Part shown: piece after piece, positions 47,788-57,100 of the stretch | How the letters are laid out: the number at the start of each line of letters is the position of its first letter | How positions within the stretch are numbered: position 1 is the first letter of the stretch | From: Candidatus Terraquivivens yellowstonensis | GTDB taxonomy: Archaea; Thermoproteota; Nitrososphaeria_A; Caldarchaeales; Wolframiiraptoraceae | Length of the DNA: 64,000 nt | Direction: 5' to 3' | Assembly (NCBI GenBank): GCA_023539445.1 | Contig: JAKCEW010000003.1 | Location: 2,250-66,249 of the forward strand | The notes under the pieces: model-generated | The model's input: the letters and a program-made list of their open reading frames with translations, nothing else | The model's database searches: none | Told to the model about the DNA's origin: nothing | Made by a program: the position numbers and the translations under genes

Positions 47788-48537
47788 ATGACCGCGTTAG
47801 GTATAGCAGGGGCTTACGACAGGGCGATTACTGTCTTCTCGCCGCAGGGGAGACTGTATCAAGTAGAGTATGCCCTGGAGACCGTAAGGTCCGGATCCAC
47901 AGTCGTCGCCATAGCATCAAAAGAGGGCGTTGTCTTAGCAGTCGAGGAGAGGATGCATACAAAGCTCCAGAATCCAGAATATTCGTGGAAGCTTTTCCAG
48001 ATTGATGAACACATAGGAGCGGCGGCCGCGGGCCTAAACTCCGATGCGAGGGTCTTGGTGGATAATGCAAGAATATACGCCCAGATAGTAAGACTTTCAT
48101 ACGACGATGCGGCAACAGTAGAGGCCATCGGGAAGAGAATTGGGGACATAATGCAGATGTATACACAGCATGCAGGCGTGAGGCCATTCGGTGCCGCCCT
48201 GTTAATCGGCGGCGTTGATAAGACAGGCCCACACGTATTTTACACAGAACCGAGTGGCCTAGTTTTGGAATACTTTTCATGGTCCATAGGAAGGGGGGCT
48301 GATAAAGTAAAGGAATTCTTGGAGGCGAATTACAGAAACGACATAAGTCTGGAGGAGGCGATAAGGTTAGCCGTCGCTTCCTTGATAATCCAGGCAGAGA
48401 AGATAGACGAGGGATGGACTATTAGGCTCGTCACGATACCCACGTCCACGAAGAAGTACACGCCCATGCCGTTATCAGAGCTTGAGAAGTACATCAAAGA
48501 GATGATGGAAAAGTATAAGCCCCATGGCTTGAAGTAG
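47788..48537 (+). CDS. psmA: Proteasome alpha subunit
   Basis: N-terminal YDRAITVFSPQGRLYQVEYALE alpha-subunit signature. 249 aa. Confidence 0.9.
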   Translation: MTALGIAGAYDRAITVFSPQGRLYQVEYALETVRSGSTVVAIASKEGVVLAVEERMHTKLQNPEYSWKLFQIDEHIGAAAAGLNSDARVLVDNARIYAQIVRLSYDDAATVEAIGKRIGDIMQMYTQHAGVRPFGAALLIGGVDKTGPHVFYTEPSGLVLEYFSWSIGRGADKVKEFLEANYRNDISLEEAIRLAVASLIIQAEKIDEGWTIRLVTIPTSTKKYTPMPLSELEKYIKEMMEKYKPHGLK

Positions 48538-48550
48538 TCGGGTTTTTAGA

Positions 48551-49246
48551 ATGACGAAACAAAAAGAGTCTTATACAATCGCAAGGTTAGTGCGTGGTGA
48601 TACATTCGAGATACTCGTAGATCCGGATAACGCGCTCAAATACAAAATGGGTGAAAAGATACCTATTTCGAAGGTCCTCATATATGAAGAGATATACACC
48701 GATGCGAAGAAGGGCATAAGGGCATCGGAAGAGCAATTGCTGAAGGCTTTTAAGACGAAGGACAAATTGGCTATAGCTACCAAGATACTTACTGAGGGAA
48801 CCCTACAGATAACTTCCGAGCAGAGGCATAGGTTGATAGAGGAAAAGAAGAGGCAAATAATAGAGTTCATATCCAAGAGTGCAGTCGACCCGAGGACAAA
48901 ACTACCCCATCCGCCGCAAAGAGTTGAGTTGGCTATGGAGCAGGCAGGCATATCGATAGACCCGTTCATCGATGCGAAAGAGCAAGCGATGAAGGTTATA
49001 GAAAAGCTAAGCCCCATACTACCGATGAAGGTAGGCATGACGAGGATGTATGTTAGGGTGCCCGGCGAATATGTCGGCAAAGCGTACGGCCTTTTGAAGA
49101 ACATCGGAAAGATCTTAAAGGAAGAGTATAAAGGCGACGGTAGCTGGGTTGGTGAGGTTGAGATACTGGTTGGCCTTCAGGCCGACCTGATAGAGAAACT
49201 CAACAAGCTCTGCTCGGGAAGGGTAGAGGCAAGACCCATGGAGTAG
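48551..49246 (+). CDS. sdo1: SBDS/Sdo1 ribosome maturation protein
   Basis: 231 aa with the FYSH domain YTIARLVRGDTFEILVDPD...KVLIYEEIY. It occupies the conserved position between psmA and rrp4. Confidence 0.8.
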   Translation: MTKQKESYTIARLVRGDTFEILVDPDNALKYKMGEKIPISKVLIYEEIYTDAKKGIRASEEQLLKAFKTKDKLAIATKILTEGTLQITSEQRHRLIEEKKRQIIEFISKSAVDPRTKLPHPPQRVELAMEQAGISIDPFIDAKEQAMKVIEKLSPILPMKVGMTRMYVRVPGEYVGKAYGLLKNIGKILKEEYKGDGSWVGEVEILVGLQADLIEKLNKLCSGRVEARPME

Positions 49247-49945
49247 GTGGTCTGCATGCCTATTTACTTTAACGATAGGGAAATCGTTCTTCCGGGACAG
49301 CTTCTGTCCGATGACAGCAGGAGGGCAGGGGAGGGAACGTACGTCATGGATGGGAAAGTTTACGCGGCCACAGTCGGTGCGGCAACGATAAGGGATGGAA
49401 AAGTAGAGGTCATAACATTTAGGGGACCGTATAAGCCGGCGGCTGGTGATATGATCATCGGCGTGGTATCGGACATAAAACCGATAGGTGTGGAAGTAGA
49501 CCTTGGAGGCCATGTAACGGCTTTGCTTAAAGTTAAGAACGTAAAGGAGCTCGCGTCGCTTGACCTAAAAGTCGGGGACGTAGTTTATGCTAGGGTGAGC
49601 AGTAGCGGGCTTAAAGGAGTTTTATTGGAGTTGAACGAGCAATTTAAGAAGATAAACGAGGGAGTGCTGTTGAGGATGACCCCGACGAAGATACCGAGAT
49701 TGATAGGGAAGAGGGGATCCATGATAAACATGCTCAAGAAGATTACTGGATGTAATATAATGGTCGGTACGAATGGTTTTGTGATCGTGAATGGGCCATC
49801 GCCCGCAAAGGAGTTTGCCGCAATATCTGCAATAAGGCTCATAGAAAGGGAGGCCCATTCTCAGGGACTTACCGATAAGGTTATGGCATATTTAAGTAAA
49901 TTGGTTGGTGGTGAGGTTTCGCATGACACAGGTGATAAAGCCTAA
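49247..49945 (+). CDS. rrp4: Exosome RNA-binding subunit Rrp4 (S1 + KH)
   Basis: S1 domain followed by a KH GxxG motif [23 protein letters not shown]. Confidence 0.85.
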   Translation: MVCMPIYFNDREIVLPGQLLSDDSRRAGEGTYVMDGKVYAATVGAATIRDGKVEVITFRGPYKPAAGDMIIGVVSDIKPIGVEVDLGGHVTALLKVKNVKELASLDLKVGDVVYARVSSSGLKGVLLELNEQFKKINEGVLLRMTPTKIPRLIGKRGSMINMLKKITGCNIMVGTNGFVIVNGPSPAKEFAAISAIRLIEREAHSQGLTDKVMAYLSKLVGGEVSHDTGDKA

Positions 49946-50657
49946 GCTTATCGATGAGAATGGTATAAGGTTGGATGGAAGGGGTCCAACGGATTTAAGA
50001 CCCCTGAGGATAGAGGTTAGTGTTCTCGAGAAGAGCGACGGTTCTGCATACGTGGAGCTGGGCAAGACAAAAGTGTACGCAGCAGTGTATGGACCGAAAG
50101 AGGCACATCCGAAGCACCTCGCAATACCGGACAGGGCAATACTCAACTGCAGATACCATATGACGTCCTTTAGCACGGATGAACGGAAAATTCTCGGCAT
50201 GACAAGGAGAGAGATAGAGCTCTCTAAGGTTATAAGGGAGGCTCTCGAATCTGTCGTGTTCCTTGAGGAATTTCCAAGGTCAGCAATAGACGTGTTCGTA
50301 GAAGTGGTACAGGCTGATGGTGGCACAAGGACTGCTGGGCTTACGGCGGCTTCACTCGCCTTGGCAGATGCGGGCATACCGATGAGGGAGTTGATAGCCG
50401 CGGTGGCTGTCGGCAAGGTGGATGGTACGATTATCTTAGACCCCTCGGATATAGAGGATAAGTATGGAGAGGCTGACATGCCAATCGGTGTTGCACCTGA
50501 GTCGAACACAATCGTATTGCTGCAACTAAACGGAAAGATGACAAAGGATGAGTTTAGGCGTGGACTTGAGTTAGCCCGTGTGGGCATTCAAAAGATTTAC
50601 CAAGCACAGCGCGAGGCTCTTAGAAGAAAGTATGGAGCCAGCACGACGGAGGTTTAG
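49905..50657 (+). CDS. rrp41: Exosome catalytic subunit Rrp41 (RNase PH domain)
   Basis: 250 aa, RNase PH fold with [14 protein letters not shown] and phosphate-binding residues. Confidence 0.85.
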   Translation: MVVRFRMTQVIKPKLIDENGIRLDGRGPTDLRPLRIEVSVLEKSDGSAYVELGKTKVYAAVYGPKEAHPKHLAIPDRAILNCRYHMTSFSTDERKILGMTRREIELSKVIREALESVVFLEEFPRSAIDVFVEVVQADGGTRTAGLTAASLALADAGIPMRELIAAVAVGKVDGTIILDPSDIEDKYGEADMPIGVAPESNTIVLLQLNGKMTKDEFRRGLELARVGIQKIYQAQREALRRKYGASTTEV

Positions 50658-50660
50658 ATT

Positions 50661-51482
50661 ATGTCATTCCTTCCACTCAAGGAGAGGTCTTTTACCATAA
50701 AGATAATGAGCGAAAAGATATACAAACTGCTCCAGCAAGGAAAGAGGATAGACGAAAGGTCACCATACGAGTTTAGGAAGATAACGATGCAGACAAATGT
50801 TGTGGAGAAGGCAAACGGCTCAGCCTTGGTTTCTGTGGGGAGCACGAGGATACTCACGGGGATAAAGGTGGAGTTGGGTACACCTTACAGCGATAGACCC
50901 AATGAGGGCGTATTCTCTGTTAATGCCGAGCTACTACCGCTTGCGTCAAAAAGCTTCGAGCCGGGCCCACCTGATGAGAGGGGCATAGAGCTGGCGAGGG
51001 TAGTAGATAGATGCATACGTGAAGGGAAAGCGATAGATCTCGAAAAGCTCTGTATAATTCCGGGAAAGATGGTTTATGTTCTCTACATAGACATCTACGT
51101 GCTGGATTATGATGGTAACTACTTTGATCCGTCTGTTATGTCAGCGATGGCCGCTTTAGCAACCTGTACAATACCAAAGTATTCGGCCACGGGCGAAAGG
51201 GTTGAAGGCGAAAACATAAAGGTACCTATCAGGGACGTGCCCCTTTCGGCAACTTTAGGCATAATCAGGGACAGGCTTCTAGTAGACCCTTGTCTGGTCG
51301 AGGAAGAATCATTGGATACCTCAATAGTTGTGTGCCTAGATAGTGCGTCTAACGTCGTTGCGATACAGAAGAACTCTCCGGGGCATATACCGTTCTCTTT
51401 GATGGAAAGTATAATAAATGTCGCAGAAGAGCAGATAAGCAAGATTAGGGCGCAATTCAAGGAGGTTGTGGGGATTGGGTAA
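50661..51482 (+). CDS. rrp42: Exosome subunit Rrp42 (RNase PH-like, inactive)
   Basis: 273 aa, second RNase PH-like gene directly after rrp41. Confidence 0.85.
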   Translation: MSFLPLKERSFTIKIMSEKIYKLLQQGKRIDERSPYEFRKITMQTNVVEKANGSALVSVGSTRILTGIKVELGTPYSDRPNEGVFSVNAELLPLASKSFEPGPPDERGIELARVVDRCIREGKAIDLEKLCIIPGKMVYVLYIDIYVLDYDGNYFDPSVMSAMAALATCTIPKYSATGERVEGENIKVPIRDVPLSATLGIIRDRLLVDPCLVEEESLDTSIVVCLDSASNVVAIQKNSPGHIPFSLMESIINVAEEQISKIRAQFKEVVGIG

Positions 51483-51699
51483 GAAGGTCGGGAATACCGT
51501 CAAGCGGTTCGGCGCAAGATATGGTGCGACTTTGAGGAAGAGGTTGCTGGAGATAGAGCAGCAGCAAAAAGCGACCTACGAGTGTCCGAAGTGTGGCTTG
51601 GTGGCTGTTAAGCGGAAGTTCATTGGTGTGTGGAGCTGCAGTAAGTGCGGTTACACTTTCGCAGGCGGTGCTTATACTCCATATGTTTCGAAGAAGTAG
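51466..51699 (+). CDS. rpl37ae: Ribosomal protein L37Ae (eL43)
   Basis: KRFGARYGATLRKR and the Zn ribbon CPKCG...CSKCG. Confidence 0.85.
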   Translation: MWGLGKKVGNTVKRFGARYGATLRKRLLEIEQQQKATYECPKCGLVAVKRKFIGVWSCSKCGYTFAGGAYTPYVSKK

Positions 51700-51705
51700 T
51701 GGAAC

Positions 51706-51963
51706 ATGGAAAAGCATGTAAAGGTCAGCATCTCTATACCAATGAAAGGAAGGGCATCGGAAGTTATCGCACGAGCGCTAAAAATCGAGGCAGAGAGCGT
51801 TTCTTCGAAGAGAGTAAAGGTGGATATAAAAGCTTCCGATGGTTTCCTCAATTTGGAAGTGAGGGCGAGCGACCTAACGGCCATGAGGGCCGGGATCAAC
51901 TCCTTTTTACGTTGGATAGATGCCGCTTTGCAGGTTTATGAGCTAGCATCCGGCAAAACCTAA
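51706..51963 (+). CDS. pcc1: KEOPS complex subunit Pcc1
   Basis: 85 aa. MRAGINSFLRWIDAALQV matches the conserved Pcc1 C-terminal helix. Its position between L37ae and prefoldin beta is conserved in archaea. Confidence 0.7.
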   Translation: MEKHVKVSISIPMKGRASEVIARALKIEAESVSSKRVKVDIKASDGFLNLEVRASDLTAMRAGINSFLRWIDAALQVYELASGKT

Positions 51964-52033
51964 CAGAACACGTTTATAGGGAAGCTTTAAAAAAGAAACT
52001 CCAGAATCATTAGAAGTTATTAGGGGTGGTAAG

Positions 52034-52393
52034 TTGTCAAAAGAGATACCGCCAAGTGTTCAGCAGCAATTGCTTAGGTTGCAGCAGCTTCAGCAGACGC
52101 TGAGCGCCTTATTGGCAGAAAAGCAGAGGCTCGAGGCCGAGCTGGCTGAAATAAACAACGCACTAGAGGAGCTTGAGAAGGTCGATGAGAATGCTGTCAT
52201 ATACAAGGCCGTAGGTCCTATACTCGTCAGGGTGAACAAAGATAGGCTCACGGTTGAACTGAAGGACAAAAAGGAACTGACGGAGACGAGGCTTAAAGTT
52301 TTAGAGAAGCAGGACGCTAAGATGAGAACGCAGATAGAGTCCGTCCAGAAAGATATACAGAGAATAATGTCCGGCCAACAGACTTCGTCATGA
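52034..52393 (+). CDS. pfdB: Prefoldin beta subunit
   Basis: 119 aa, coiled coil - beta hairpin - coiled coil (QQLQQ...ELEKVDENAVIYKAVGPILVRV...). Confidence 0.8.
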   Translation: MSKEIPPSVQQQLLRLQQLQQTLSALLAEKQRLEAELAEINNALEELEKVDENAVIYKAVGPILVRVNKDRLTVELKDKKELTETRLKVLEKQDAKMRTQIESVQKDIQRIMSGQQTSS

Positions 52394-53403
52394 AGGATGA
52401 AAAACTCGCCGAGGAGGTTGCTAACCTCCTTAAATCTATGAGTGGCAAGACAGTAGCCATAGTAACGCATGTTGGTGGAGACGCTGATGCAGTCGGTGCC
52501 GCCTACGTTCTTAAGAGAGTCCTCGAGGAGAATTTAGGCTGCACCACGGCGCATGTACACATACCGGATGAAATGTCAGCGCAAGTAAGAGCCATGGTAA
52601 ATTATCTCAAGCTCGAAGTTAAGAGCGGGGCCATAGGCGATGTTGATGCCGTTATATTAGTAGACATTGGTTCGCTCGAGCAGGTTGCTGAGCACCTTGA
52701 AGACGTTATGAAGATGCAAGGCAAGGTATACATCATAGACCACCACGCACCTCCTCATGGCGGGTATCCACAAGGTTTTTTTGTATTCTTTTCTGAAAGT
52801 TATCGCGCACTCTGCGAGCTCGTTATGGATGTTGTAAAACTTATGGGCATAAAGCTGGATACATTGGAGGCGGAGGCCCTATTTCTCGGGATATATTACG
52901 ATACCGCAAGATTGTCGCTCGCTGATTCGGAGACCATGGCTAACATTTGTGAGCTCGTAAAGCTAGGTATCAACCCTTCAAAGAGCATACAATCGGTAGA
53001 GGTTCCAATCGACATTTCGGAAAGGATAGCGCGTTTGAAGGGAGCCATGAGAATGAACCTATACAGGGCTGGCGAGTGGCTGATCGCAACATCCCAGGTA
53101 AGCTCCTTCCAGACGTCCGTCGCTAGGGCTATCTTATCGCTCGGTTGTCATGTATCAATAGTAGCTGGCGAGTATAAGAATGGTGTTGCTGTATCGATGA
53201 GGTCGCAACAAGATTTTTTTGCTAAAACCAACATAAACCTAGGAAAGGATGTTGCGCAGACCGTTGGTGCAAGGCTGGGAGGTTATGGTGGAGGGCATGC
53301 CACGGCGGCGAGGGCATATTGCAACTCAACGCCGGATGAAGTTATCAAGTTGTGCTTGAACTTATTAGAAGGCTTACTCGGTGAGAGATTGAACCGAGTG
53401 TAA
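52390..53403 (+). CDS. DHH/DHHA1 family phosphoesterase (NrnA/RecJ-like nanoRNase)
   Basis: Motifs HVGGDADAVGAA and DHHAPPHG with a DHHA1-like C-terminal region. Confidence 0.7.
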   Translation: MKDEKLAEEVANLLKSMSGKTVAIVTHVGGDADAVGAAYVLKRVLEENLGCTTAHVHIPDEMSAQVRAMVNYLKLEVKSGAIGDVDAVILVDIGSLEQVAEHLEDVMKMQGKVYIIDHHAPPHGGYPQGFFVFFSESYRALCELVMDVVKLMGIKLDTLEAEALFLGIYYDTARLSLADSETMANICELVKLGINPSKSIQSVEVPIDISERIARLKGAMRMNLYRAGEWLIATSQVSSFQTSVARAILSLGCHVSIVAGEYKNGVAVSMRSQQDFFAKTNINLGKDVAQTVGARLGGYGGGHATAARAYCNSTPDEVIKLCLNLLEGLLGERLNRV

Positions 53404-53409
53404 CCGAAG

Positions 53410-54264
53410 ATGGAAATAGTAAGGGTCGAGGGGCTGACATTTACCTACAGTGGCTTTGATACGCCTGCTATCAGTGACATAAATCTCAGTATCGAAGAAG
53501 GGGAATTTGTCCTTCTCCTTGGACCCAGCGGTTGCGGGAAGTCAACACTCTGCAGATGTCTGAATGGTCTCATACCGCACTTCTATGCTGGCAAGATGGA
53601 GGGGAGGGTATTGGTTGCTGGCATGGATGTTTCCAAAACGCCAACCTACGTACTCTCCCAATACGTGGGCATGGTATTCCAGAATCCAGAGAATCAGCTA
53701 TTCTCGTTGACCGTTGAGAACGACGTCGCCTTCGCGCTCGAGAATTTGGGCATGCCAAGGGATGAAATCAGACGTAGGGTGGATTTTGCTCTCAAAGCGG
53801 TCGGTATAGAGGATTTGAGAAAGAGGTCGCCTTTTGAACTGTCAGGGGGCCAGCAACAGAAGGTTGCTATAGCATCGATTCTCGCGTTGATGCCTAAAAT
53901 CATGGTATTCGATGAGCCGACATCCTCCCTAGATCCGGTATCCGCAAAGTCGATAATTGAGACGATATTTAAGGTAAAGAAGGAGCTCGGAACGAGTGTC
54001 GTGGTGGCTGAGCACAGGGTCGAGTTGCTGGCCGATAAGGTGGACAGAGTGATCGTGATGCAAAAGGGAAGGATCGTGAAAGATGGAAGGCCAAGGGAAG
54101 TTTTCGTCTCAGAGGAAATGATACCTTACGGTGTGCCCGTTCCTAAAGTTGTCAGCATGGCTAAGGGTGTGAACAGGCACTTTAAAGTGTTTAATGAAAT
54201 ACCACTAAGTTCTGAAGAATTCGAGCAAGGCATAAGGAGGTTCATCCATGATAAAGTTCGATAA
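53410..54264 (+). CDS. ecfA1: ECF transporter ATPase component A1
   Basis: Walker A GPSGCGKST, signature LSGGQQQ, Walker B VFDEPTSSLD. Confidence 0.75.
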   Translation: MEIVRVEGLTFTYSGFDTPAISDINLSIEEGEFVLLLGPSGCGKSTLCRCLNGLIPHFYAGKMEGRVLVAGMDVSKTPTYVLSQYVGMVFQNPENQLFSLTVENDVAFALENLGMPRDEIRRRVDFALKAVGIEDLRKRSPFELSGGQQQKVAIASILALMPKIMVFDEPTSSLDPVSAKSIIETIFKVKKELGTSVVVAEHRVELLADKVDRVIVMQKGRIVKDGRPREVFVSEEMIPYGVPVPKVVSMAKGVNRHFKVFNEIPLSSEEFEQGIRRFIHDKVR

Positions 54265-55084
54265 CGTAACTTATGTTTATCCGACGGGTGTGAAGGCGTT
54301 AAACAGTGTCAGCGTTGAGATCGGAAGGGGCGAGCTAGTGGCACTGATGGGTGAGAATGGTGCAGGAAAGACCACTTTCATAAAGCACCTGAACGGTCTT
54401 CTAAAACCCACGAGCGGAAACGTCTATGTGGACGGAAAGGATACCAAGACGCTCAGCGTGGCACAGCTGTCTAGGATTGTTGGGGTAGTGTTTCAAAATG
54501 CTGACGATATGTTTTTTCTCCCGACAGTTGAAGAGGAAGTTGCTTTCTCCTTAAGGAACTTGGGCTTCAGTGAGGATGTTGTGCAGAGAAGGGTAGATTG
54601 GTCCCTTAAATTTATGGAGCTTGAGGAATACAGGAATAGGTCTCCTTTTCTGCTGAGCGGTGGTGAAAAGAAGAGGCTTGCCCTTGCGATAATCCTAGCT
54701 TGGAACCCCCAAGTCATAGCGATGGACGAGCCTACAGTCGGCCAAGATAGTATGCAGAAGGAGAAACTAAAGGAAATGATAAAGCAGCTGAACTTACAGG
54801 GAAGGACTGTCATAATTTCGACGCACGATGTCGAATTCGTCGCGGAACTTAAGCCGAGAGTTATTTTGATGTCAAAGGGAAGAATAATCGCTGACGGCAA
54901 GGCTGAGTTTATCCTGACGGATGGCGAGTTACTAAGTAGCTGCTCGATACTCATGCCGCAGGTGGCCGCAACGATGTCTAGATTAGCAGACTTAGGCTTT
55001 AATGCCAAAGTTATCTCAGTCGAAGAGGCTGTAAGGAATATAGTGGAGGGGCTGAGAGGGCTTGAGCATACTAGAAGGGCTTAA
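54248..55084 (+). CDS. ecfA2: ECF transporter ATPase component A2
   Basis: Walker A GENGAGKTT, signature LSGGEKKR, Walker B AMDEPTVGQD. Confidence 0.75.
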   Translation: MIKFDNVTYVYPTGVKALNSVSVEIGRGELVALMGENGAGKTTFIKHLNGLLKPTSGNVYVDGKDTKTLSVAQLSRIVGVVFQNADDMFFLPTVEEEVAFSLRNLGFSEDVVQRRVDWSLKFMELEEYRNRSPFLLSGGEKKRLALAIILAWNPQVIAMDEPTVGQDSMQKEKLKEMIKQLNLQGRTVIISTHDVEFVAELKPRVILMSKGRIIADGKAEFILTDGELLSSCSILMPQVAATMSRLADLGFNAKVISVEEAVRNIVEGLRGLEHTRRA

Positions 55085-55820
55085 GTTCTATGCTGGCGAT
55101 ACGGCAATACACAAGCTTGACCCAAGGGTGAAATTTCTCGTTTCCATGCTAATGCTCATCATAGTTGTGATGTATGCAGAGGTATGGATGCTGACGATTC
55201 TCATAGCGGTGCAGGCTGCGATTGTTTATGTCGCCAAAGTCATGCGGCGCTGGCTCAAGACGATAAAGGGTTCGATGCCCCTAGCCGCCCTTGTCTTCGG
55301 CCTTAATGCTATATTCTTCATCTCAACTGGCACCTATACGACTTTGCAAGAGGTGTTTTACCACTCACTCGCGCTGGCGTACAGACTCGTGCTATTCCTT
55401 TCGTCGTTCTCCATATTCTTCTTGACAACGACGCCGGAGGAGATAGGGCTGACACTCACGAGCTGGCACGTTCCATACCAATACACGTTCGCCTTCATAT
55501 CAGCGATAAGGTTCACGCCAATAATAGCCCAAGAACTTAGGGACATCATGGATGCGCAAAGAGCGCGCGGTGTCGAGCTGGATAGGGGTGGACCCTTGCA
55601 GAGAGCTAGGAAATTCATACCGATACTTGTACCGCTCCTCGCGAACGCTCTCAAGAGGGCATACGAGTTGGCAGAGGCTATGGAGGTGAAATGTTTCGGT
55701 GCCGCAAAAAAGAGGACATCATTGATGGAGCTCAAAGCTAGACCTAAGGATTATGCAGTTTTGTTGACAGCGCTAGTCTTTTTTGGTCTGGCCGTGTACT
55801 ACAGGCTCTTCCCGTTCTGA
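55062..55820 (+). CDS. ecfT: ECF transporter transmembrane component T (CbiQ family)
   Basis: 252 aa with 5-6 TM helices and the conserved arginine-containing coupling helices AQRARGVEL. Confidence 0.7.
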   Translation: MSILEGLKFYAGDTAIHKLDPRVKFLVSMLMLIIVVMYAEVWMLTILIAVQAAIVYVAKVMRRWLKTIKGSMPLAALVFGLNAIFFISTGTYTTLQEVFYHSLALAYRLVLFLSSFSIFFLTTTPEEIGLTLTSWHVPYQYTFAFISAIRFTPIIAQELRDIMDAQRARGVELDRGGPLQRARKFIPILVPLLANALKRAYELAEAMEVKCFGAAKKRTSLMELKARPKDYAVLLTALVFFGLAVYYRLFPF

Positions 55821-55828
55821 GCCCACGA

Positions 55829-56818
55829 CTATATTTGGGCTAGCTTCCTGATTATCTCGCCCACCTTCTCTATCGGATGGTTCCTTATCTCCTCCATCTT
55901 CTTTTCGAGTATTAGCCTACTCCTCGGGTCCTCGCTCCAGAGCCTTGCGAAGGAGCCGTCTTGAATCCTCCTGAGGGCCTCCCTCATGTTCTCCTTCACG
56001 TGCTCGTCAACTATCTGCGGACCTACAAGCAGACCGCCGAACTTCGCGGTATCGGATACAGCATTCAGCATGCCAACCAAGCCACCCCTATATATCAGGT
56101 CGACTATCAGCTTCATCTCGTTGCATGCCTCGAAATAGGCGAGCTCCGGCTGATATCCTGCCTCGACTAGCACCTCATACCCTTTCTTTATGAGCTCCAT
56201 GACACCACCGACTAGGACCGCCTGCTCTCCCAACAGGTCGGTCTCCGTCTCCTCCTTGAATGTCGTTTCGAGGACGCCAGCCCTAGCACAACCCAATGCC
56301 TTGGCCATAGCTAGGGCGATAGCCCTCGCATTCCCAGAGTAGTCCTGCCCTACAGCGAAGAGTGCAGGGACGCCTTTTCCTTCAAGGTAGAGCTCGCGCA
56401 TCCTCGGACCCGGCGCCTTAGGTGCGACGAGTATGACATCCACATAGCTAGGTGGCACTATCTGCCTGAAGTGTATGTTATACCCGTGAGAGAATCCCAA
56501 GACCTTTCCTGGCTTCATATTAGGCTCTATGAGCTTTTTGTAAACCTCAGGTTGCACCACGTCCGGTATTAGCATGTGGATTATGTCACCTTCCTTCGCG
56601 GCCTCTTCTATAGGAAGAGGCTCTAGGCCGTCTTCTTTTACCATTCTCCAAGATTTTCCTCCTTCCCTAACGCCAACGACGACGTCTACGCCGGAGTCCT
56701 TCATGTTGAGCGCTTGGGCCCTTCCTTGACTCCCATAACCTATTACGGCTACCTTCTTGCTGAGCAAGGGCTCGAGGCTTATATCACTATCGTAGTATAT
56801 TTTTGCCATACATCCCAC
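55829..56818 (-). CDS. ilvC: Ketol-acid reductoisomerase (class I)
   Basis: NADPH-binding [12 protein letters not shown] and Mg-binding residues in the C-terminal knotted domain. 329 aa. Confidence 0.9.
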   Translation of the reverse strand: MGCMAKIYYDSDISLEPLLSKKVAVIGYGSQGRAQALNMKDSGVDVVVGVREGGKSWRMVKEDGLEPLPIEEAAKEGDIIHMLIPDVVQPEVYKKLIEPNMKPGKVLGFSHGYNIHFRQIVPPSYVDVILVAPKAPGPRMRELYLEGKGVPALFAVGQDYSGNARAIALAMAKALGCARAGVLETTFKEETETDLLGEQAVLVGGVMELIKKGYEVLVEAGYQPELAYFEACNEMKLIVDLIYRGGLVGMLNAVSDTAKFGGLLVGPQIVDEHVKENMREALRRIQDGSFARLWSEDPRSRLILEKKMEEIRNHPIEKVGEIIRKLAQI

Positions 56819-56821
56819 CTC

Positions 56822-57100
56822 CTACACATTTGAAACTTTATTCAGACCCGCACCCAATGTTGTACAATCTACCTCCAGCACCACGGGCAAGCTAAATAGC
56901 TTTCTCTTTAGCCACTCGGCCTTTTCAGGTTTTAACGATACGGACATCGTAAGGAGCTTAACGTTATCCATTCCTGATTCGCATACCTCGGCGCTTATTA
57001 GCTTTGCCTGAGCTTGCCTCGTGGTCAGAAGCACCTTGATGACGGCTTCCAGAGAGTCCTCAACCAGTACGCTAAACACGTATGCGCGCATGTACATCAA
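56822..57100 (-). CDS. ilvN: Acetolactate synthase small (regulatory, ACT-domain) subunit, copy 1
   Basis: ACT-domain start YVFSVLVEDSLEAVIKV. It is downstream of and overlapping ilvB. Its last ~23 codons lie outside the duplicated segment. Confidence 0.75.
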   Translation of the reverse strand: MMYMRAYVFSVLVEDSLEAVIKVLLTTRQAQAKLISAEVCESGMDNVKLLTMSVSLKPEKAEWLKRKLFSLPVVLEVDCTTLGAGLNKVSNV